DNA of 64,000 bases from Eledone cirrhosa. Lineage: Eukaryota. This document shows, piece by piece, positions 13,500-28,948 of the stretch. Location of the stretch: NCBI GenBank assembly GCA_964016885.1, contig OZ024740.1, positions 19,096,001 to 19,160,000 of the forward strand, written 5' to 3'. The position numbers and the translations under genes were made by a program. Each line of letters opens with the position of its first letter. Positions within the stretch are counted from its first letter, which is position 1. The notes beneath the pieces are model-generated. The model searched no databases. It was not told the DNA's origin and saw only the letters and a program-made list of their open reading frames with translations.

Positions 13500-14295
13500 T
13501 ATAATAATATGGACTTTGCCTATTAATCCGTATGGTGAGTAAATGGGGTCCCACCTGCTGGCCTCCCCACAACCCCGGCGGACAGGATGGAGAAGGCGCT
13601 TCCCCCAGAACGAAAACAAACACAAATGATATATACAAATATAAACACATAAAAGCGATATAAAAAAAAAAGCATTAAAAAGAAGGAAAAGCGGGGTGGG
13701 GTGGGACAATTCACATCCAAGTGCGACAATCGGCCGCACATCGCATATTAGGATTTAACTAAATACTTTGAGTCAAGCCAATACGCTTGCAGCATTGCCA
13801 CGGGTAATGACGAGGCTAAAGCACTGAAATAACCAGGCACCCTCACGGGTATCACCTGACACCTCAGTAAGGCGAGCCGCCAGCGATGACAAGAACGTTG
13901 CTGTCAGCGGCCCAACTCAACCAAACGCCACAGGCTGGAAAAAATAATTATTAGATAAATCCAGGTATTTCCGAATTTTATTTCGTTCGGCAATGGAAGC
14001 GGTGAAGAGGCGACGAGAATTTGTAAGAGGGACTAACTCTGAAGAAAAACAACAAATTAGGGATTGACAAATAATTCTTAAGTATAAAAAATGCCTTGGT
14101 GTGACTTCTAGGTTTTTTAAAAGTTGCTTGACGTTAGCCAACTTAGATAGAAAGATGGAATCGATGGCTTGGTCAGTAGTTGGGGTTCCAAGAGAGCACC
14201 ACGCGGATGGGGGAGGAACCGCGATGGAGGGGAAGGACTCTGTGAACAGGCCAACAGTCTGCTGGTGTGAAGCCTGGTGGTTGAGGAGCCTACAT
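13500..14295 (-). mobile_element. decayed CRE-clade (RLE) LINE 3' fragment
   Basis: Minus strand reads ASIAERNKIRKYLDLSNNYFFQPVAFG...TFLSSLAARLTEVSGDTREGAWLFQCFSLVITRGNAASVLA, a CRE-type RLE C-terminus. Upstream LGTPTTDQAIDSIFLSKL resembles an RT thumb. Confidence 0.75.
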
Positions 14296-14358
14296 TTTTA
14301 TTTGAAACTGGTTAGACCATTACTCAACAGAATACTCGATACTTGACATGGTTATATA

Positions 14359-14476
14359 ATAAAGAGTCAGGAACCCAACAGCTGAGCTGTTGCCGTTTCA
14401 ACAGCTAATTCCACCACAGTCTGGAACTAGCTGTTGAAACGGCAAGAGCCCAGCCGTCGGGTTCCTGACTCTTTAT
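14359..14476. mobile_element. palindromic micro-element (55-bp arms) with the 3' half of a hammerhead; next to (TA)n
   Basis: Arms 14359-14413 and 14422-14476; GAAACGGC..GCCGTC; homologous to 17589-17705. Confidence 0.7.
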
Positions 14477-14610
<134 letters not shown>

Positions 14611-14739
14611 TATTGGTGCTCTGAAATAGCGATGTATACATGAATGTATGTACAGTATATTTGGCAATATACCGTATGTTTGATTAAAAACATTTAGAAG
14701 ACCATTCGCTATGAGTTTTAATGTAGTGACTATGTCACT

Positions 14740-14781
<42 letters not shown>

Positions 14782-14917
14782 AGTGACATAGTCACTACTT
14801 TAATATATATATCTAGGGAGTGTAACGTGAAGTTACTCTAGGTTCACCCAGGTGAGCACTCGATGTTTAGGTTCACGTCTGTAGCGAGGTGAAGAGCTAG
14901 ACAGGGTGTAATATAAT

Positions 14918-15104
14918 AATACAAGGACGATTTGTTAAGCCTTCATTACGTTTATTGATTGATGACGCGCGTTTCGCTATTGATCAGCCTTTGATTCCAG
15001 AGTCGGGCCAGATCGATACAGATCGAACCTTTAGCTGATCAATAGCGAAACGCGCGTCGCCAATCAATAAACTTAATGATGGCATAACAAATCGTCCTTG
15101 TATT
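14918..15104. mobile_element. palindromic micro-element (~70-bp arms); Penelope-like 3' end with GAAACGCGCGTC
   Basis: Arms 14918-14988 and 15034-15104; AATAAA follows the motif; ends at a short (TA)n. Confidence 0.7.
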
Positions 15105-15120
15105 TGATATATATATATAT

Positions 15121-15365
15121 TTATTAAAATAACAGATTAAAGTTTAAGCAAAGAATCGCTGCTTTCACCCTTAACGGGATCTTCTGAAACTAAAAAAAGG
15201 CAATCTGTGAACGCAGAAGTAAATATTTCGAAAAACGTTGCAACCGGAGGAAAACAAGAAGACGATACTTTGTTTCGCGGAGACGTTCCCTGGCAATGAA
15301 CGGAACAAAAGCAAAGATAATACGTCATTATTTGGAGCGGTGAGAACAATTACACTCAAGAAAGT
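15121..15365 (-). mobile_element. Penelope-family 3' UTR fragment with a CAGAAGA hammerhead-like fold
   Basis: Homologous to 21757-21990 and 23783-23960. Confidence 0.75.
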
Positions 15366-15628
15366 TATGGTTTTCGAATCCACCACCATTTTCACATTCA
15401 GGAAAAGTAAATATAGTTTTTACATCCATCACATAAGTAACGATGATTCCATATTGGATGTTTGATGCATTAAATTAAATTATTTTAGCTTATTGCGGCT
15501 CAGTGTTATTTAATCCAAATTTATAGAATAGGTTGATTCTGCTGCGAGAATTTACAGCGGTTTATTATCCGGAAGTATGTGTGTGATTAAGGGGAGTTAA
15601 TGCGTAAGGGGAGGTAACACGTCAACAT

Positions 15629-15872
15629 GCATACATACATACATACATACATACGTACGTACGTACGTACGTACGTACATACATACATACATACATACAT
15701 ACATACATACATACATACATACATACGTACGTACGTACGTACGTACATACATACATACATACATACATACATACATACATACATACATACGTACGTACAT
15801 ACATACATACATACATACATACATACATACATACATACATACATACATACATAGATACATACATACATACAT
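15629..15872. repeat. (CATA)n/(CGTA)n microsatellite
   Basis: Read directly from the sequence. Confidence 0.97.
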
Positions 15873-16701
15873 AGAGACGTAAAACACAGACCATAGTGGG
15901 AATAAACCACTCAAAAAGCCTGGCATGGAGTTCCGACAAGTTTATAACAACACACCTTGAGGGATATCTCTATGCAATACAGGAACAAGAACTCCCTACC
16001 AAATATCTGCTGCACAAAAGAGGAGGGCCAGCAGCTGACAATAAATGTAGGCTATGTAAAACAAAGATCGAGGATGTAAGCCTCATTGTTGCCAGCTGCG
16101 AAAGAATGTCATCTCGCTACTACCCCCCCCCCCCCCCATGAGACACGATGGGATAGCTAGAACCATCTGGAACGCACTTCGGAAAACAAAATTAACAACA
16201 AACGAGGAAGAATATATTGAGACAGATGGCACTAAGGAATACTGGTGGAACCTGAAAATAAAAACTGCCACCAAATTAAAGCACAACCGGCCTGATATTG
16301 TTGTTAGTGACCACACATTGAAAACATGCTCTGTTGTAGAGATAAGTTGCCCACTTGATGCCAACGTTGTAAGAAAAATACAGGAGAAGGAGGACATCTA
16401 CGGACCATTGATGAGGAGTTTGCAGATCCAGTATTCAAAATACACTTTCAGCTTCATACCCATCATTATTGGAGCTACAGGTTATATACCAGCCCGCTTG
16501 AAACAAAGTATAACTGAACTTGGATTTGTGGACAAAGAGCGCAGCTCCCTAGTTCATAGACTATAAATGGCTGCGATATCTGGCACCTTCAAAATTTGTA
16601 AAACATTCTTGCGATTCAAGGATGACAGTTTCTTTTCTTTTAAACCTTGCCACCAGGAAGGTGGCCAGGCAAAAATGTATTCAAAATTAAGAGAAAGAGA
16701 A
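15873..16701 (+). mobile_element. 5'-truncated R4/Dong-like RLE LINE (family A), flanked by (CATA)n
   Basis: EGYLYAIQEQEL, CRLCKTKIED..IVASC, RHD, HNRPDIVV, VEISCP, KEDIY, IPIIIGATG; one frameshift and one stop. Confidence 0.9.
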
Positions 16702-16723
16702 ACATACATACGTACATACATAC

Positions 16724-17078
16724 ATGATGGCTGCCCCCTCGTTATCGAGTATGGCCATTGCACAATATAACATTATTAATAATTATCAATTAATGCTATC
16801 GTGCAATGCCTGTGCGTGAAGATTTTTTTAAAAGTGAGGAAAGAATATGCACTGAGCCAATCCCACTCTCTGAGCAACAGTAGCTTTAACCTGAAAAGAA
16901 GAAAAGATCAGCAGCATCAGTAACTACTGAGCCGCAGGTTTAATGTCGGAGTTATCCCAGTTTCCTGAGTTGCCTTCTCCTAGAAGGATGCTCTGACAAA
17001 GGCTAGGAGTCTTTCACTCCCAGTGGTTTAACCGCGTGATCGGGTGTCCAGCCAGACTATTTATATGTCCCCGCGCAT
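16724..17078 (-). mobile_element. non-autonomous bipartite RTE derivative (5' UTR plus ~40-nt 3' end)
   Basis: Reverse complement aligns to RTE 33669-33970 and joins directly to the RTE terminus GTGCAATGGCCATACTCGATAACGAGGGGGCAGCCATCAT (compare 37890-37929). (TATG)n on both sides. Confidence 0.88.
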
Positions 17079-17189
17079 ACATACATACATACATACATAC
17101 ATACATACATACATACATACATACATACATACATACGTAAGTTTTAAAGAAACACATATTTATATATATATATACGCATACAAATCAAT

Positions 17190-17460
17190 GGAAATGAGCT
17201 GCCTGACAGATGTCAATTTGAAGCTTAAAATTAGAGAAAATAAGTACATTTGGAATCTGCAGATACTCCACCCTTACTATATCTTCAGATTTATACCTGT
17301 GATTATTGGGGCTATGGGATATGTTAGTAACTACCTCAGTACAAATCTTGAGAAGCTGAGCTTCCTATAACCAGGAGCACGACTAGTCAGGAAGTACAGT
17401 GCATTAATGGTACTGTAAATATATGTAAAACATTTCAGGAATTCAACATGTAATAACTGT
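17190..17460 (+). mobile_element. decayed R4/Dong-like RLE fragment (family B)
   Basis: MEMSCLTDVNL..NLQILHPYYIFRFIPVIIGAMGYV; homologous to 53031-53902. Confidence 0.8.
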
Positions 17461-17588
17461 ATATATACATGTATATATACATGTATATATACATGTATAT
17501 ATACATGTATAACAGAGGAATAGTGGTAAGGTAACAGATGGACCATAACGCACCAGAGTACTCAATACTTAGGGTAGTAGAGTGGGAA

Positions 17589-17705
17589 ATAGGAAAAAGT
17601 ATGACCCCGACGGCAGAGCTCAAGCCGTTTCGACGGCTATTTCTGTCCAGAAATAGCCGTCGAAACGACTTGAGCTCTGCCGTCGGGGTCATACTTTTTC
17701 CCATA
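17589..17705. mobile_element. palindromic micro-element (~54-bp arms, 2-nt spacer) with the 3' half of a hammerhead
   Basis: GGAAAAAGTATGACCCCGACGGCAGAGCTCAAGCCGTTTCGACGGCTATTTCTG followed by its near-perfect reverse complement. Confidence 0.75.
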
Positions 17706-17779
17706 TGCATGTGTATATCAACTGTATATATACAGAAACATATGCATGTATACACATATAACTCAAAACGTACAGATCT

Positions 17780-21336
<3,557 letters not shown>

Positions 21337-21484
21337 AACTATATATATATATGTATAAGTTCTATTTAAATTGTTGGGATATAACAAGCAAATATTTTTA
21401 TAACTGGTATAAAGCACTCAACAAATTATTGGAGTAAAAATACGACATATTAACAAATGGAAACTATATTTATAAAACCATATT

Positions 21485-21542
21485 TATTTCATTATACATA
21501 TTTCAAGGACACCATTATGGTGTGCTTTCATCAGATAAAATA
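21485..21542 (-). ncRNA. type I hammerhead ribozyme within a small element (~21350-21618)
   Basis: UAUUUUAU CUGAUGA AAGCACACCA UAA UGGUGUCCUU GAAAU AUGU AUA^AUGAAAUA; 8-bp stem I. Confidence 0.8.
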
Positions 21543-21614
21543 TAATATAGAGCAGTTTTATAAATAAATATTGACATACCCTTAAATAATGCGACCATTT
21601 CTGTTGGAAGCTCC

Positions 21615-21658
<44 letters not shown>

Positions 21659-21661
<3 letters not shown>

Positions 21662-23310
21662 ATAATAATAATAATAATAAAATTGAAGACTAAAATCCAA
21701 AGAGGGCTCGATAAGGAAAATATATATCAAATATATAAGAACCGTAGAGCAAATATTTATTAAAATAACAGATTAAAGTTTAAGCAAAGAATCGCTGCTT
21801 TCACCCTTAACGGGATCTTCTGAAACTAACAAAGTCAATCTGTAAACGCAGAACTGGATATTTCAAAAAACTTTGCAACCGGAGGAAGACAGGAAGACGA
21901 TACTTTGGTTCGTGGTAACGTTCGCTGGCAAAGAACGGGAAAAAACGAATAATACGTCATTAATAGGAGCGGTGAAAAACAATTACGCGCAAAGACAGAA
22001 CCACGTTTATGGTATAAAAGAGGTCGTAGACTAATGTTCTCTTAGGTGGTGCATAGAGACGTTCTCTGGCAATGAACGAAAAATCGAAGATAATAAGTCA
22101 AATGTGGAGCGTGGAGAACAATAGCATGCAAAGACAAAATCACGTAAATGGTAAGCAGAAGTCGTAGACTAAAATTCTAACTAGGAGACCAAATGAATCT
22201 CCGCTACAGAGTTAAGAACAAAGTAAATAAATACAATACAGAAGTAATAGAAACAAATAAATACATACACGCAAACAGATACGTACATACACAAGCATAC
22301 GCAAAACCTTACCATAGGTATACAAACCCACGCACATATAAATATGTGTGTGTGTGTATGCTTGTGTACAAATAAATAAATAATTATATAAACGTATATA
22401 AGTAAATAAATACGTATATAAAAAGCGCACACGCATACCTACATATAAATACACGCATGTTCGGAGACGTAAGTCAACTAAAACAAGAAGTACACATATA
22501 CACACACCCACCATACGTACGAACCTGCATACTCACGCAGACGCAAAACTCCCGTATACACATAGCCAAACCCTAAATACCAGAATATGTAAAAATTATA
22601 CGCCATAACAGTCAAATATACGTACGAGAAGGTATACATACCTTCACAAAACATACGGGTAATATATACTTACCTATGCAAATAAGTAAAGGAATAAACA
22701 AACATATACTTAGCTCCCACATCAAGACGTAAAATATTCACGTATAGATCGTGCTATCCGTTAGGGTATAACGTGGGGCTGTAATACAGGAAAGTTTTGT
22801 GCAATTTATGTTTACAAGCCGAAATTGCCTCAGATTTTTTGTTTAAGATGTGGTCTGTGGCGTAGAGTATTTCCAGGGAAATGATGCGGGGAAGCTGGGA
22901 ACTTATATAAAAATAATTCAGTGGATGGAAAAAAGCGAGCGGGGACTAGATTCCAAGACATTGAAAAATTCGCTGCCTACTTGGTCAAGTGGAAAATTCA
23001 AAAGAATCAATCACGTGACACTGAGGTTAATCAGCTAGGAGTGGGGTGCTATTAAGACAGAGCCTAGCCACTACTATTACTCACAGTAGTAATTTCGGCA
23101 AGTTTTGCTCAACAAATATTTTGGAGATAATTATAAAGAATTAGTTTATTTACCAACATATGTATACAGATGCATACGTATGCTAGCAAATATATATGTT
23201 TTGTCTTAGTAACTTTGTAGTTCTATGCAAGGGGATGCAGAACAATTATATGAAAGACGTAAATAAGAAAGTTATGAAAATTGACTTACTTACTAAAATT
23301 TAACTCAGGT
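21659..23310 (-). mobile_element. decayed Penelope-like element (GIY-YIG C-terminus plus ~1.1 kb 3' region)
   Basis: Minus strand at ~22880-22775 reads SLEILYATDHILNKKSEAISACKHKLHKTFLYY. The 3' end carries the CAGAAGA fold (21768-21843) and runs into (TTA)n/(TA)n. Confidence 0.7.
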
Positions 23311-23681
23311 ATGTGTATATGTGTGTATATATGTGTTTGTGTATGTAAGTGTACGTTTTTTATATATATGTGTATATGTATATATGTATGCGTACATATA
23401 TATATGTATATATGTATGTGTGTGTAAGTATGCTTTTGGGTTTTGTTTTTTTTGTGTGTGTGTGTTTGCATGCGTAGTTTTATTTTATTTTATTTTTCCT
23501 TTTTTTCTCCCTTCTCCAGCCTCACTTTCATATAGATTGCATTTTTGTTTGGTAATCCAAATTCAATAAACAAACCAGGATTTTTCCGTTCTGAGGATTG
23601 AAAGCAAAACCTTTTGCTTTTAAGAAACCACTGGTAAATGGAATAATTGCCTTATGTTGTTTATTACATAATAATAATAAT
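23309..23681 (+). mobile_element. microsatellite-rich non-coding element ending in a hammerhead (copy 1)
   Basis: Near-identical to 26899-27271. Confidence 0.8.
23579..23648 (+). ncRNA. type I hammerhead ribozyme
   Basis: GAUUUUUCCGUU CUGAGGA UUGAAAGCAAA ACCU UUUGCUUUUAA GAAACC ACU GGUA^AAUGGAAUAAUU; all three stems pair; predicted cut after 23636. Confidence 0.88.
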
Positions 23682-23742
23682 TAAGCTCTGTTGCCTACAT
23701 AGAGCACTCTTTTTTCCTGGACTTTTCCGTTGGAATTACTTC

Positions 23743-23782
<40 letters not shown>

Positions 23783-23788
<6 letters not shown>

Positions 23789-24173
23789 ACAGATTAAAGT
23801 TTAAGCAAAGAATCGCTGCTTTCACCCTTAACGGGATCTTCTGAAACTAACAAAGTCAATCTGTAAACGCAGAACTGGATATTTCAAAAAACGTTGCAAC
23901 CGGAGGAAGACAGGAAGGCGATACTTTGGTTCATGGTGACGTTCGCTGGCAAAGAACGGGGAAAATTGCAACGTTTTTTGAAATATCCAGTTCTGCGTTT
24001 ACAGATTGACTTTGTTAGTTTCAGAAGATCCCGTTAAGGGTGAAAGCAGCGATTCTTTGCTTAAACTTTAATCTGTTATTTTAATAAATATTTGCTCTTC
24101 GGTTCTTATATATTTGATATATATTTTCCTTATCGAGCCCTCTCTGGATTTTAGTCTTCAATTTTATTATTAT

Positions 24174-24178
<5 letters not shown>
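23783..24178 (+). mobile_element. short Penelope-family insertion with an inverted duplication (117-bp arms) inside (TA)n
   Basis: 23783-23899 is the reverse complement of 23966-24082; the tail matches 21659-21760. Confidence 0.85.
24001..24076 (+). ncRNA. hammerhead-like three-way junction with variant core CAGAAGA
   Basis: AGUUU CAGAAGA UCCC GUUAA GGGU GAAAGCAG CGAUUCU UUGCUU^AAACU with outer helix ACAGAUU/AAUCUGU. Other copies on - at 15132-15208, 21768-21843 and 23789-23864. Confidence 0.55.
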
Positions 24179-24223
<45 letters not shown>

Positions 24224-24309
24224 TCACACCAATTGTACTGTTGGCACATTCAAACTCCCTCGATCACGTTTCTCGAGGAGAGTGACCACCTGACTAGCAC
24301 GTAGCATGT

Positions 24310-25118
24310 CTTTCGGCCAGGAAGAAGCTGCCTTACACAGCTGCTACAAAACTACGACTGGGTACTGAAACAACTGCTAGACAGCGCACATGTGGATGTG
24401 ATATATCTTGACTTTGCGAAGGCCTTTGACAAGGTCTACCACGGAATATGTCACAAACTACACAGATTCGGCATAACTGGAAAAGTAGGTGAGTGGCTGC
24501 ATGACCTGATCTTCACCACTACTCCTGAAGTGGTTATCAGTTGTACTACTGAGGAACCTCTAGGCGACTCTGATCATGCTATGATCATTGCCAATCTGGC
24601 ACTTGAGGGCAGCAACAAAAACCAGAGCCATCTCCAATCTGCTTGCTTTGATTGGAAGAGGGCGGATTGGAACTTGTACTGCACTGAGCTACAGCGCCCA
24701 AACTGGCATGAGATGTATAACTCTGGAGATGTGAACTCTATACTCCAGAGCATCCTGGACTCAATATGGATAGCGTGTGCAGCATCAGTGCCACGGAAGC
24801 GGAAAAATAACCACCCCAAAAGTGCAATCTGGGAAACTTCAGCGGTCCGACTTGCCAGGAAAGAACGTCGGAACGCTGAACGGGAATATAAACTGCATAG
24901 ATCAGATGCCAACAGAAAAAAGCGGAATAAATCTTCTAACCATCTCAAGCAAGTGACAAAGAAGGCAGTGCTTGAATTTGAACAGTGCATCGCAACCAAT
25001 CCTGACAGTAAGGTGTTCTGGAAATATGTTCATTCAAAGCAGAGACCTCACTCTCCAGTTGGTCCTCTTCGCAATCCCCACACAAGCCAGATCACTGACG
25101 ATCCCAAGGAATGCGCGG
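24310..25118 (+). mobile_element. two fused CR1-clade LINE fragments (RT piece, then endonuclease end/linker)
   Basis: FRPGRSCLTQLL..DVIYLDFAKAFDKV..GITGKVGEWL, then DLIFTT..EPLGDSDH..FWKYV. Confidence 0.85.
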
Positions 25119-25308
25119 TTTTTATTTTGCTGATTCTACCTTCTGTACTCTTGTATATTTACTAAATTTTTTGCTCCTTTACCTCCCCTTATATTTTACC
25201 TCCTCTTAGCCCCCCCCCCCATATATTCTTTTTGTTTTGCCCTTCACATACCTATGTGTATGTGTATGTATTTTTGTGTGTATATATATATGTATATATA
25301 TATATATG

Positions 25309-25365
<57 letters not shown>

Positions 25366-25439
25366 ATGTGTATGTGTATATATATGTATATTTGTGTGTG
25401 TATATGTATGTATATGTGGATAAACCAGGTTTTTTTCAT

Positions 25440-25507
25440 TTTTTTCATTCTGAAGACTGAAGGAAACATTTTTTGCTTTTAAGAAACCCCTGGTGAATGG
25501 AATAATT
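25440..25507 (+). ncRNA. decayed hammerhead paralogue of 23579-23648 (GUG at the cleavage site)
   Basis: CUGAAGA...GAAACCCCUGGUG AAUGGAAUAAUU. Confidence 0.6.
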
Positions 25508-25763
25508 GCCTTATGTTGCATTATTACTTTACTACTGTATATACGTTTATGTAAGGTTCATTTGTCTTTTCTAATACTGAGTTTTACACATACACACATG
25601 TATATGTGTGTGTGTATGTGTATGCATATGTGTATGCATATGTGTATATGTACGTATGTGTGTATATGTGTGTGTATATATATATATATATATATGTATA
25701 TGTATGTATGTATGTATATGTGTGTGTGTATTTATTATTATTTTTATGTATGTGTGTGTGTGG

Positions 25764-25831
<68 letters not shown>

Positions 25832-25965
25832 TTGTATTTGGTTGTGCGTGTTTTTGATATATACGTATTTGCATGTGTATAATTGTTTAGCTATGTATGT
25901 ATATGTGTGTTTACGTATATGCGTGTGTGTGTGTGTGTGTGTGCGTTTATATTTTTATATTTTTG

Positions 25966-26070
<105 letters not shown>

Positions 26071-26449
26071 ATATAATTACATATACATATGTGTGTGTGT
26101 TTAATATGTATACGTGTGCGTGTTTGTGTATGTATGTGTATGTATGTGTTTTTGTATTTATTTATGTATATTTATGTATGAGAGTGTGTGTATGTATTTA
26201 CTATTTCGTACGTATGTATACGTGCTTTTGTGTGTATTACTTACCACGCGTGTCTGTCCTGTTAGCTGGGTCATGTATCGGTGTCAAAAATTTTTAAAAT
26301 ATATATATATATATACATGTAAAGTTATATTTAAAATTGTTGGGTTACAACTAGTAAATATTTATAACTGATATAAAAGCACTCGACAAATACTTGGAGT
26401 ATATTTACAATATTAAATAAATGGAAAACTATATTTATAAAACCATATT

Positions 26450-26515
26450 TATTTCATTATATATATTTCGGGGATATCATATTAACAATATGCTATGCCT
26501 TCATCAGACAAAATA
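26450..26515 (-). ncRNA. type I hammerhead ribozyme, paralogue of 21485-21542 (element ~26315-26592)
   Basis: UAUUUUGU CUGAUGA AGGCAUAGCAUAUU GUU AAUAUGAUAUCCCC GAAAU AUAU AUA^AUGAAAUA. Confidence 0.75.
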
Positions 26516-26833
26516 CAATATAAACAGTTTTATAGATAAATGTATTCGACATACCGTGATGTTTATTACGGTATGTCGAATACATTTATCTATATATATA
26601 TATTTTTTTTTTTCTTATATTTATTTGCGTGTGTGAATATGTAGAGGAGTGCATTCATGTATGTGTATGTATGTATGTACGTTTTGTATGTTTGTGTGAA
26701 TGTATGTATGTGTATATATATGTGTGTGTGTATGGCTGTGTTTGTGTATGTGTATGCTTGTACACACACATGTGTATGTGTGTGTATGTGTATGTGTGTA
26801 TATGTATATATATGTATATATATATGTGTGTGG

Positions 26834-26889
<56 letters not shown>

Positions 26890-26898
26890 ATTAATGTA

Positions 26899-27271
26899 TG
26901 TATGTGTATATGTGTGTATATATGTGTTTGTGTATGTAAGTGTACGTTTTTTATATATATGTGTATATGTATATATGTATGCGTACATATATATATGTAT
27001 ATATGTATGTGTGTGTAAGTATGCTTTTGGGTTTTTTTGTTTTTTTTGTGTGTGTGTTTGCATGCGTAGTTTTATTTTATTTTATTTTTCCTTTCCTTCT
27101 CCCTTCTCCAGCATCACTTTCATATAGATTGCATTTTTGTTTGGTAATCCAAATTCAATAAACAAACCAGGATTTTTCCGTTCTGAGGATTGAAAGCAAA
27201 ACCTTTTGCTTTTAAGAAACCACTGGTAAATGGAATAATTGCCTTATGTTGTTTATTACATAATAATAATA
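26899..27271 (+). mobile_element. microsatellite-rich non-coding element ending in a hammerhead (copy 2; may extend upstream to ~26600)
   Basis: Near-identical to 23309-23681. Confidence 0.8.
27171..27240 (+). ncRNA. type I hammerhead ribozyme
   Basis: Identical to 23579-23648; predicted cut after 27228. Confidence 0.88.
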
Positions 27272-27384
27272 TATATATATATATATATACATATACATAT
27301 GCATATACATATATACATACGTATACATACATATACACATATATATATATACATATACATGTATATATATATATATCTATCTAT

Positions 27385-27903
27385 CTAAGGCGGGTAAAAT
27401 TCCCGAGATCAATGGACGAGTTCTCTCCAGCGGTCTCTGTCCCTCATTATCGCTGCGATGTCCTGCGTCTCCAACAGACCAGTGTCCGTCCTTAGGGCAT
27501 CAACATACGTTAACCTTGGTTTTCCTCTTCTAGTGTGTCCATGTAGGGGCTCCCAAAGGAGCACTGAGTGCAATGTCAACTCTGGATGTCGGTGACCATG
27601 TCCAGCTAACCTCAGTCTCCTTTGTGTCACTTTTGAGCTGACTTTTGGGATGCTCCCATACAGCTCTGAGTTTTTCATCCTCAGTGTATACTGATTAATG
27701 TTCATGGCCATCCTTAGCATTCTCGTGTAGTACCAATCCACCATCTGAGTGAGTTTCTTGGTCAGTGTCCAAGTCTCAGACCCATACAGCAGCACAGACT
27801 CCACTACAGCAATGAAGAGGCGGACTTTCAGGTCTCTACGAAGGTCCGACTTCCACACCGATCTCAAGCTGTGGCACACCGCCCAGGCCTTGCTCTTCCT
27901 CTC
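27385..27903 (-). mobile_element. RTE/RTE-X-like LINE 3' fragment with a short (TAGA)n tail
   Basis: LKVRLFIAVVESVLLYGSETWTL..YTRMLR..RRLRLAGH..LLWEP..RDRWR. Confidence 0.88.
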
Positions 27904-27911
27904 AATATATA

Positions 27912-28010
27912 TATATTAATATTTGCTTTAGGGTCCTTATATATTTGATATATTTTTATCCTTATCGAGCCCTCTTTGGATTTCAGTCTTCAAATTTATT
28001 ATTACTATAT
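27912..28010 (+). mobile_element. terminal fragment of the Penelope family at 21659/24178
   Basis: CTTATCGAGCCCTCTTTGGATTTCAGTCTTCAAATTTATTATTACTA(TA)n. Confidence 0.75.
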
Positions 28011-28125
28011 ATATATGTCCTTACAAGTAAGGACAAAATGAAAACACACGCACACATAGAACAAACAACCAACCAGTAACATGTAAATAAACAAATAAAT
28101 AAACAAATATAAACACACACAGACA

Positions 28126-28206
28126 CCCAGATTTGAACTCAGAACGTTAAGGGACGTAACTATATGACGTCAAGCAAGATGTCCAACGCTCTACCGATTC
28201 TGCCAA
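28126..28206 (-). mobile_element. SINE tRNA-head fragment
   Basis: GATTTGAACTCAGAA...CTCTACCGATTCTGCCA matches 437-511. Confidence 0.7.
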
Positions 28207-28750
28207 TAAAATAACATTTGTTAAGTGAAAAAAACGAAAGTTGGGTCAAATTTGAAACTGGAGCAGGTCCAGGACGTTAACACCTGCTTCTAAGGTTATC
28301 TTGTGATTTCCATGTGTATCGTATTCACTCCAAGTAGTAATGAATGTATGTGTGTGTGTGTCAATGTGTGTGTATGCTATGTGAGTGTGTGTGTACGGTT
28401 GTTTGTGCGTGTTAATTCTTTTGCAGATATATTCGTAATCAGGTGCGTGTGGTTGTTTAGCAGATGTTGTTTTTGCAACTGTTTATCTGTTTATTAGTAT
28501 ATATATATATATAAAATGAGGTTTTTTTTAAATGAAAAAACACGAGATGTCCTACACGAGTGAAAGTATAAGGAAAAAGGATGAAATCGAAAATGCAGCT
28601 GGAGTCTTTTTAAGAATATTTATTTGTTTCCTTTACCGATTTCACAGTTCTTATGCTTTTCAGTAGAGAGTTGAAATGGAGGGTTTGTGGTTTTTCTATG
28701 TGTGTGTTATGTATTTCCGTAGGAAAGAAAAAGTAAAGAAGAGTGCTCTC

Positions 28751-28948
28751 TGTATAGTTATATGCATTAGCGTAGAGGATAGTTATATACACATTAGCGT
28801 AGAGAATAGTTATATGCACATTAGCGTTGTGTATAGTTATATACACGTTAGCGTTGTGTATAGTTATATGCACATTAGCGTTGTGTATAGTTATATACAC
28901 GTTAGCGTTGTATATAGTTATATACACATTAGCGTTGTGTATAGTTAT
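28751..28948. repeat. 27-bp minisatellite (ATAGTTATATACACATTAGCGTTGTGT), ~7 copies
   Basis: Read directly from the sequence. Confidence 0.92.
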
